A stretch of DNA of 64,000 bases from TPA_inf: Saccharomyces (taxonomy: Eukaryota): the NCBI GenBank assembly GCA_000146045.2, contig BK006947.3, positions 672,001 to 736,000 on the forward strand, read 5' to 3'. Positions 56,426 to 64,000 of the stretch are shown here, in pieces (position 1 is the stretch's first letter; each line of letters begins with the position of its first letter). Both the position numbers and the translations under genes were made by a program. Below the pieces are notes generated by a model that was not told where the DNA came from, ran no database searches, and was given only the letters and a program-made list of their open reading frames with translations.

Positions 56426-58186
56426 TTACACACCGTCTCTCAAATTGACAGATTGCAAATACCATCTCTTAGTCCAAAGTCTTATCCTCTTACCATAGTA
56501 GTACATTGGTAAAGCAAATGCAGTAATCCCAAAGTTGATGACAGCTAAAGCAATGTAAGTATTTTCAGTACCAGATGCAGCTAGCCAATCAGAACAGGTA
56601 AAGGTGAAAATGCAAGATATCGTGTTGTTAATAATAGCAGTACAAACCATACCTTCCAAAACCATATCGGGGTAACAATCCATTAAATACGCCATCGCAA
56701 TATCACCAGAACAACCCCATGCAAACCCAACAAAACCCAACCCGACGTATATAGCTTGCCAAGGCCATTGTCTAGCGGTACCGATACCAAACATCAGCAA
56801 ACCCGCTGGCCCAATAATTGCAGTTGCGATAGAGAAGTATAGTCTAAATTCTGCCTCTAAAATTCCTCTATTGTGACGAGCCATCCAAAGAACAAAGTAG
56901 TCACTAACAATGCCAGCACAGATACAACCGATGACTGCTCCAATAAGTGTGGGAACATTCATAATTGCGACACCAAAATCACTATAGTTCCATGGAGGTT
57001 CGTAGTAGGCGCTTTCTTGAGTGGTCAAATAAAACGTCAGGAAAACGTCTTGAATACCCCAAAACATACCAGACAACCACACTGGCGGGAATAAGAACAT
57101 TCTAAGGTTGATCTTTAGATATTTGAAATACTGTTTAAAACCGTAGCCTTTCAAATTAGTAGCTTTGGTTAATATTGCTACTCTTTTTGGGTATGGTTTC
57201 AAATGCTCTTTTGAACCATCAATCAATTCGCGAGTCTCAGGTATGGTAACTTCCTCTTCATTGTTAACTTCGAATTCAGCCGTCTCTGAAAGGTCTACAC
57301 CTTTCTCACCCATGGCTCCAGGAGTTGATAATTTAGCGTCAAGATGACGTTTCCTGCGCGACACGGCCGTATTGTCAGAGTTTTGTAAAGTGGTACCGTC
57401 TTCGTATCCCGATTGACAGCTGGTCAAAGGGGTCATATACTGGCCTCTGTCGAAGTACGTTTCTTCGCAGCCAAATATAATAGTTATTAAAAGGCCACCA
57501 GATATGATCACTGCGACCCAACCGACCCAACGGAAGTTGGTAAATGCAGATATGTACCCAGCGATCAATGGGCCCAAGAACGTACCGATACTAGTGCACA
57601 TGATATACACGGTCAATACGGAGCCCAATTGGTGCTGGAAAAAAATGTCGCTCAGGGACAGTTGCACCTGGGCTTCAGCACAGGACTCACTAATACCTAC
57701 AAACAACTGAGACCATATTGTGTCGCTCGTTCTTTTGGCCAAAGCAAACCAAAGCGCACCAAAGAGACCTAATGTGGTGCAAACTATGTACGTAATCTTC
57801 CTGCCATACAAGTTAGCAAATGGAGCCAAGAATAAAGTGGACCAACCAATACCTAGGAAAAGAACACCAGCCCCTGTGTTCATGGAATCGTAGGATATCC
57901 CATAAATCTCATTCAATGAGTCTTGAGCAGCACCAGCGTCGTTACTAGTAGCGGCGGTAAACGCAGTTATAAAGGCCATTAGACCAAAATGAGCCAATTT
58001 CCTCCAGCTAGACCAGTTCAGTGGATCATTTGGCGAGTATGATGGTTGAGGGATTAGGACGACTCCTGAGGAGGTTTTCTTCAATTTTGATTCGTATATA
58101 ATACCATTTTCCAAATTTTGGGAAGAATAGATGTTAAATGTGCCAGGAATATAGTCCGGATGATCCCTGTTGGTATATTTGTCCAT
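56426..58186 (-). CDS. HOL1: Hol1, MFS (DHA1-family) plasma-membrane transporter; polyamine/cation transporter, 586 aa
   Basis: 586 aa, 12 predicted TM segments, MDKYTNRDHPDYIPGTFNIYSS... Confidence 0.93.
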   Translation of the reverse strand: MDKYTNRDHPDYIPGTFNIYSSQNLENGIIYESKLKKTSSGVVLIPQPSYSPNDPLNWSSWRKLAHFGLMAFITAFTAATSNDAGAAQDSLNEIYGISYDSMNTGAGVLFLGIGWSTLFLAPFANLYGRKITYIVCTTLGLFGALWFALAKRTSDTIWSQLFVGISESCAEAQVQLSLSDIFFQHQLGSVLTVYIMCTSIGTFLGPLIAGYISAFTNFRWVGWVAVIISGGLLITIIFGCEETYFDRGQYMTPLTSCQSGYEDGTTLQNSDNTAVSRRKRHLDAKLSTPGAMGEKGVDLSETAEFEVNNEEEVTIPETRELIDGSKEHLKPYPKRVAILTKATNLKGYGFKQYFKYLKINLRMFLFPPVWLSGMFWGIQDVFLTFYLTTQESAYYEPPWNYSDFGVAIMNVPTLIGAVIGCICAGIVSDYFVLWMARHNRGILEAEFRLYFSIATAIIGPAGLLMFGIGTARQWPWQAIYVGLGFVGFAWGCSGDIAMAYLMDCYPDMVLEGMVCTAIINNTISCIFTFTCSDWLAASGTENTYIALAVINFGITAFALPMYYYGKRIRLWTKRWYLQSVNLRDGV

Positions 58187-58380
58187 CTGTTAAAAATTTA
58201 AGATTCACACTCGCAAACTTTCTTCTATAGTAGTTCTTTTCTTTATATTCGTTAGAAATGCAAAAGTTGCGAAGCTGTTTTGTTATATCCTGTAGATTGT
58301 AATATGATACTTCGATTCTTTCGGATTTAGTGTTTACTTGCTATTCTTCTAGTTTCAAATAAATAAGATAATAAGGGATG

Positions 58381-58401
58381 TCAACTTGGTAGTAATAGCA
58401 T
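58381..58401 (-). promoter_or_regulatory. HOL1: uORF in the HOL1 leader encoding MLLLPS-stop (ATG CTA TTA CTA CCA AGT TGA), about 195 nt upstream of the HOL1 ATG
   Basis: Read directly on the minus strand (+ strand TCAACTTGGTAGTAATAGCAT). From memory, a conserved MLLLPS uORF mediates polyamine/eIF5A-dependent translational control of HOL1. Confidence 0.65.
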
Positions 58402-59617
58402 GAAATAGTATCGTAAAATTAAGGATGCTAGCGCTTTCGACAACAAAATGGGCTTGTTTTATTTTTGCAGAGGAGGTTCAGTAAATATTACCTCAGAGAC
58501 TGATACAGATAATTCTTTCTTATTCGACTGCGTATTTATCTTTATCGTTTAGATTGAAGACAATAGACAATTAAATGAATCTATAGAAAGGTTAGGAAAT
58601 AGTCTAAACTACTATGGTTTGTTAACGGCGAGGTCTTTAGTTTAATTTTCTGTCTGGAAAATAACTTTATCCTAAAAAGAAAATTTTCATCAACTGCAAC
58701 TTTTTTTGTTATGCTTTTGTTCTCGCTAGGCGAAAGCTCCCTAAAAATATCCGTAGAATTTCATATGACACAACCAGGCCTTGATGTAAACGTCAAACTA
58801 CACATTTCTCAAAGCTTAGAGAGCTGATGCATGAAATTTTTGCATTGTGTGGTATTATATGTGACTTAAGAAAGTAATTGTACATCATAAGAGAGAAAAA
58901 TTCTGTTCAGAGAAGAACTATTTGAATATATTTTAAAAGATAAAAAAATGTCTTGGCAAAAATAAGTAAGTAATGAAAAAGAAATTTTCTCGAAGAAAAA
59001 AATGAAAAAAATGACTAAGTACTCAATATCCTTGATTTTCTAGTTTTCATTTTCCTCAAAAAAACTTGTCCACATTCATTCTCTGAATCGTTCTTCTTTG
59101 GTATATACTATCATGCGAATACGTCTTTTTTCTTTTGATATTAAAATATCTACAGACTATTTTGTGCACCTATAAAATAAATTTTGTCATGACTTGTAAT
59201 TTTCCCATAATCGGGACTATTTAAGGACCAAAAATACACTTTCGCCCAACTTGCTGCTTGACCAGGACTTTCGATAATCTCCTAATTACACTAGCTAGTT
59301 TTTACTTGTTATGGTTTGTGCAGTTGAGATAGCTCAGTAAAATGGCTTTATGTGTTCTGATCTTATAATGAATCGTAATCGAAATCCACATATTTCATTC
59401 ATACTGACGGAGAATAGGTTAAGCGCTGCTGCTATGGTACCTACTTTTACTCTTTGTGGTGTGCGATTAGTTTTGTAATACAAGGGTACTTCTGGTAATA
59501 AATATACAATTATTTTATGAAACTATGATACAGGAGGGCAGAAGTTCTGACGATAGAGCTACAAAAGGTAGTATCGACCTAGGAATTTATAAGGACTGTT
59601 TTTCTTTCAACAGCATC

Positions 59618-61303
59618 TTAGATGCATGTAGGGAAAACAACGATGCTGATAATGCAGAAAACTACTGCATACACTACTGAGGTGTAATTCATGTTTCCTG
59701 CAGTAACCGGTAGTGTATATGGGAAAGATAAAAATACCAGGCAGAACAAGGTCCATAGAATACATATAATATGAGGAATCATAGACATACGACGACGGTT
59801 AGGCCTGCTGACACAATTTACGTCACTCTCGATTCTATGAATGAATTTTTCCTTTTTAATAACGAACAGGAATATAAAAGAAGGAACTGCGTACGACATT
59901 AGTAACAGGGTGATGCATGCAGTGATAATTGCGTTGAAAGCGGTACTAGATCCCATAAATATACAGCCAATTATCGTTACACATATTTGTGACAAAAAAT
60001 GGGCATATAATGGAGACTTAAACCCAGGTGTCAACACTGCTAGCTTCTTCAAGGATTTGTTTCCCAAGGAACCCTCTTTATAAAATGGTGCGTAACTTTT
60101 CCCGAATGATTGGAGGATTCGACTTTGCCAGGTTCCACTTGCAATGCCTGAAACAAAACCTGTTGTGATACACATACATTGCAGGAAGACACTGAGATTC
60201 CTATTACCAGTGGCCTGGTAAAATATTTCTACGATAGGTAAAATAGACTCAACGACTGCCGTTTGGTCAGTGATGCAGAAAAACAAACCAACGCAATAAA
60301 TAAAACTAGTTACAAAGCCCACAATGATGGTAGTGATAATAACTTTGGGAACTAAGAAACGTGACTTACTATAACCCACTTCATCAATCATGTGCGTAGC
60401 AGAGTCAATGCCAACAAATGCCCAGATCGGATTGACCAAACCGACAACAAACGCCATTCCAGACGAATTCCAGCCTGTTTGATTATCAAAGCTCCCAAAT
60501 ATATTAGAAGCTTTGGGCCATGGGTCTACGGTGTTGTCAGATCTTGAAACAATACAAATAATGAAAGTCATGGCGAAAGACAATAGAGACGTATAGAGCC
60601 CAAACTGAGAGATATAGGGCAACGGAGTTGAATAAATGTTGAAAAGTGTCAAAACGGCATTGATACACTCGTAACCCACAAAAACATGCCAGTGCTTTAA
60701 CTCGTAGTCCGGATGCAACAACTTATGAATACCGATACAGCTCATTGACAAAGATGAGCAGATACTTGCGGTAGTAAAAATGGCACCGAAATAGTTCAGC
60801 AACCCTACAACCATGGAAGAAACCTTTTGAAATTTAGAAGAAACTTCCACGTTGAAAGTTTGACAATAATTCTCGAGGAACACTTCTTCATCATCGTCAG
60901 AAGGGTCCTCGTACTCAGGGGTTTTCAAAGTGACTGATTCTTGTTCCAACATTTTAAGAACCCAAAATGAACCACCGCTGCTGTTTGGCAGGATAGCAGC
61001 AAAATCTCCCAGAGATATACCACACATGAGACTGAAAAAAGCAGCAATTATCAACCCATAGATGATAAGCAGTGGCCCTCCACTGGCAATACCAACGGCC
61101 ATCGACGCTGAGATACCGACCCATGAGCAACTTAATGAGAACGCGATACCTAATAGGGACCACCAATTAAAGTGCTTGTCAAACTTGACTTCTGACCTTT
61201 CTGAACTAGACATTCTTATTTCCGTCCTGTGACGATCTGGAACAATAGACAAAAAAAAATTTCTTTCATATACAAATAGGAACACTGCCCCTACTCTGTT
61301 CAT
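59618..61303 (-). CDS. BIO5: Bio5, plasma-membrane permease for 7-keto-8-aminopelargonic acid (APC/amino-acid permease family), 561 aa
   Basis: 561 aa, 12-TM permease. Lies 52 bp downstream of BIO4 on the same strand. Confidence 0.9.
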   Translation of the reverse strand: MNRVGAVFLFVYERNFFLSIVPDRHRTEIRMSSSERSEVKFDKHFNWWSLLGIAFSLSCSWVGISASMAVGIASGGPLLIIYGLIIAAFFSLMCGISLGDFAAILPNSSGGSFWVLKMLEQESVTLKTPEYEDPSDDDEEVFLENYCQTFNVEVSSKFQKVSSMVVGLLNYFGAIFTTASICSSLSMSCIGIHKLLHPDYELKHWHVFVGYECINAVLTLFNIYSTPLPYISQFGLYTSLLSFAMTFIICIVSRSDNTVDPWPKASNIFGSFDNQTGWNSSGMAFVVGLVNPIWAFVGIDSATHMIDEVGYSKSRFLVPKVIITTIIVGFVTSFIYCVGLFFCITDQTAVVESILPIVEIFYQATGNRNLSVFLQCMCITTGFVSGIASGTWQSRILQSFGKSYAPFYKEGSLGNKSLKKLAVLTPGFKSPLYAHFLSQICVTIIGCIFMGSSTAFNAIITACITLLLMSYAVPSFIFLFVIKKEKFIHRIESDVNCVSRPNRRRMSMIPHIICILWTLFCLVFLSFPYTLPVTAGNMNYTSVVYAVVFCIISIVVFPTCI

Positions 61304-61355
61304 ACCATGCTACTTATATATAGCTGATGAAAGCCTTGCAACTTTTTTATTTAAA

Positions 61356-62069
61356 CTATTCTACGTCTTGTTGGGTCATTAATGACTCCACCGATGGCAG
61401 TTCATGCAACTCCATATCCTGATCATGTGCCGTAGTACATTGTGCAACCTGTGCCATAATATTGACACCGAACTTCTTCAGGGCCTGCACGTTGCCTTCA
61501 TTCGGTTCCCCATTGAGAATGACCCCAAAAAGGTGGCTTCTCAAGCCATTATCGCAAAGATGATTCCAAGTCAGCAATGTATGATTCAGAGTCCCTAGCC
61601 CGCTGCGTGCCACGACAACTACGTACACTGGATGGCCGCTAGTCTCAATCAGATGTTTAATTAGATCCGTCGTAATTTCCAATTTACGAGTGATAGGAAC
61701 GCAAACCCCGCCGGCTCCTTCTACGACCAATGGATTCTCTGCGCTCCACTCTTCAGGAACTACGAAATCCAACAACCTGATGTCGACATTAGGTTCGTAC
61801 TCCATGGCCTGGAGCGGAGATAGAGGCTTCTGCAGCGCATAAGTGGGCGTGAATATAGGTGGTTGCCAAGTTGATGCGGCTATTTTGAAATTTTTCAATG
61901 TCTCGGAGTCACCTTGATCTGACTCAATTCCAGTTTGTACGGGTTTCCAGTATGCAGCTTTCCATTTGTGTACCAATAATGTTGATACAAAGGTTTTACC
62001 AACATCAGTGTCTGTACCGGTGACGAATACAATTGGTTGTTGTTCTTGTTGTTGAGATTTGCTGTTCAT
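61356..62069 (-). CDS. BIO4: Bio4, dethiobiotin synthetase (BioD-like P-loop ATPase), 237 aa
   Basis: The ORF-track start is GTG 62105. The ATG at 62069 gives [26 protein letters not shown]..., 237 aa with BioD family similarity. Confidence 0.9.
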
Positions 62070-62290
62070 GACCTGTGCGCTAGTGATTTTTTGAGTTCTT
62101 TTCACTGGCCTACTTGTGGAAAAAAGTATATCTCTTTATATACTTCAGTAAACGAACTACCAGCGGGATTTTATTTTGTTTTGCCCAATAATTTTGAATT
62201 ATAAATAGCCATTGTTTGTATATTTCATTTTCTTTTGGTCGGGAGGATGTCAACAGCGCAATTCGTTTTCTATTGCTAGGATAACAACTA

Positions 62291-63733
62291 ATGTCCCAAG
62301 AAATTTCATATACACCAGATGTCGCGGAACTGCTAGACTTTGATAAAAAACATATTTGGCATCCTTATACGTCATTGAGTTCACCATTGAACGTTTATCC
62401 GGTAAAGAGTGCTCACGGATGCAAGCTGGTGTTGGATACCGACTCACCAGTGGACGTCGAGGTGATCGACGCCATGTCGTCGTGGTGGTGTGTTATTCAC
62501 GGGTACAATAATCCAGAACTAAATGAGGCCCTTACCAAGCAGATGTTAAAGTTTTCTCACGTCCTTCTTGGTGGATTCACCCATAAAGGAGCTGTGAATC
62601 TAGTCCAAAAACTTTTAAAAGTGATTGATGAACCCTCTTTGCAGTACTGTTTCCTCGCAGATTCTGGCTCAGTAGCAGTGGAAGTAGCTTTGAAGATGGC
62701 TTTACAATCAAACATGTCAGGGGAAGCTACTAAAAATAGAACAAAGTTTTTGACAATCAAGAACGGGTATCATGGTGATACATTTGGCGCTATGAGTGTT
62801 TGTGATCCTGAGAATTCTATGCATCATATCTACAACGATCGACTCAGTGAGAACATCTTCGCCCAAGCTCCCTCTATTGTCGATGGCCTTCCAACCAGCC
62901 AGAACGGTTTCGAGGACCATTGGAATGCAGAAGAAGTTACCGATCTCAAGAAGCAATTTGAATTGCATAGTGATAAGATCTGTGCTGTGATTTTGGAGCC
63001 TATCTTACAGGGTGCAGGAGGTTTGCGACCATACCATCCACAGTTCTTAATCGAAGTTCAGAAACTATGTAACCAATACGACGTTTTATTCATCATGGAC
63101 GAGATTGCTACAGGATTTGGTAGAACAGGTGAGATTTTCGCATTCAAGCACTGTCAAAAATACCAGGACCAACATGGCATCAGTCCTTCCGATCAGATCA
63201 AAGTTGTTCCTGACATATTGTGCGTTGGGAAGGGCTTAACCAGTGGATATATGACTATGAGTGCAGTGGTAGTCAACGACAAAGTTGCTTCCAGAATCTC
63301 TTCTCCAAATAGCCCTACTGGTGGCTGCTTCATGCATGGCCCCACCTTCATGGGCAATGCCCTGGCATGCAGTGTGGCAGAAAAGTCTATGGATATACTA
63401 CTGCGTGGCGAGTGGAGAAAACAAGTGTCTGCAATTGAAAACCAAATTTATAGAGAACTATACCAGTACATCAAGAACCCAGATAATGGGCTCATTGGAA
63501 CTGTTGTTAAGCGTGTGTCAGTTATTGGAGCTGTAGGTATCGTAGAGCTATACAAGAAGACAGATCCCGAGTGGTTCCAGAAAAAGTTTATATCCAAGGG
63601 AGTACATATCCGACCTTTCAACTGCCTGTGTTACATTATGCCACCATATGTGATCACGACAGAGGAATTGACGAAGGTTAATCAAGTCTTGATTGAAGTA
63701 TTACATGAGTGGAAATCCCACATAAACCAATGA
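62291..63733 (+). CDS. BIO3: Bio3, 7,8-diaminopelargonic acid aminotransferase (BioA-like class III PLP aminotransferase), 480 aa
   Basis: 480 aa with PLP aminotransferase class III motifs (DEIATGFGRTG). Divergent from BIO4. Confidence 0.93.
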   Translation: MSQEISYTPDVAELLDFDKKHIWHPYTSLSSPLNVYPVKSAHGCKLVLDTDSPVDVEVIDAMSSWWCVIHGYNNPELNEALTKQMLKFSHVLLGGFTHKGAVNLVQKLLKVIDEPSLQYCFLADSGSVAVEVALKMALQSNMSGEATKNRTKFLTIKNGYHGDTFGAMSVCDPENSMHHIYNDRLSENIFAQAPSIVDGLPTSQNGFEDHWNAEEVTDLKKQFELHSDKICAVILEPILQGAGGLRPYHPQFLIEVQKLCNQYDVLFIMDEIATGFGRTGEIFAFKHCQKYQDQHGISPSDQIKVVPDILCVGKGLTSGYMTMSAVVVNDKVASRISSPNSPTGGCFMHGPTFMGNALACSVAEKSMDILLRGEWRKQVSAIENQIYRELYQYIKNPDNGLIGTVVKRVSVIGAVGIVELYKKTDPEWFQKKFISKGVHIRPFNCLCYIMPPYVITTEELTKVNQVLIEVLHEWKSHINQ

Positions 63734-64000
63734 TATACGATCTCATCAAGTCATTTGCCAAGGAATTCTTATTTCTTGCGTAAAATGCATTCTTTTACGC
63801 TATTATTTATATTGATATAACTCAAAATAAAAAATTTATGGTTATTTATTCTAGCGGACCTTTATATCTTACTTTTCTTATCATAAAACTATGTCGAAGC
63901 CTGCTGCACAAGAGAAAATTGACTAGTTCAGGGCAAGAACGTATCACAGGAAGTACGAGTTGAGAAATCTGGACCGAAATGGTCCGTGGTCGCCTACCCG

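Noticed and set aside
62070-62290. Vhr1 biotin-response element (AATCA-N8-TGAYT) in the BIO3/BIO4 divergent promoter
   Set aside because: Only isolated TGATT and AATTC half-like strings were found by eye, and no properly spaced palindrome. I could not support a call without a matrix scan.

Overview
The window is collinear with the right arm of Saccharomyces cerevisiae chromosome XIV, from the 3' end of YNR023W (SNF12) to YNR058W (BIO3). The ORF-track proteins match known yeast proteins end to end, in order: MPP6, SEC12, BUD17, CPR8, YNR029C/ZNG1, ALG12, SSK2, PPG1, HUB1, ABZ1, SOL1, YNR034W-A, ARC35, MRPS12, RSM19, DBP6, ZRG17, YNR040W, COQ2, MVD1, AGA1, PET494, TRM112, FPK1, YNR048W, MSO1, LYS9, BRE5, POP2, NOG2, ESF2, HOL1, BIO5, BIO4, BIO3. 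Several ORF-track starts are non-ATG extensions, so I trimmed those genes to the first in-frame ATG that gives the known protein length. NOG2 is split by a 532-nt intron (GTATGT ... TACTAAC ... TAG); from memory this intron hosts the H/ACA snoRNA snR191. The only region with no ORF is 52.3-56.4 kb, which holds a tRNA-Leu(UAA) gene, a Ty3 sigma LTR 16 bp upstream of it, one intact Ty1 delta solo LTR and one degenerate delta. Regulatory motifs readable directly: a perfect Zap1 ZRE between ZRG17 and YNR040W; PAC and RRPE motifs at the DBP6 and NOG2 promoters; a pheromone-response element upstream of AGA1; a Lys14-type site upstream of LYS9; CCCCT stress elements upstream of YNR034W-A; and a MLLLPS-stop uORF in the HOL1 leader. 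This is a eukaryotic chromosomal segment with no CRISPR array or prokaryote-style defence island. I see no evidence of an undescribed system, and the most interesting items are regulatory and mobile-element details. All calls come from reading the sequence and memory of yeast gene families; no searches were run.
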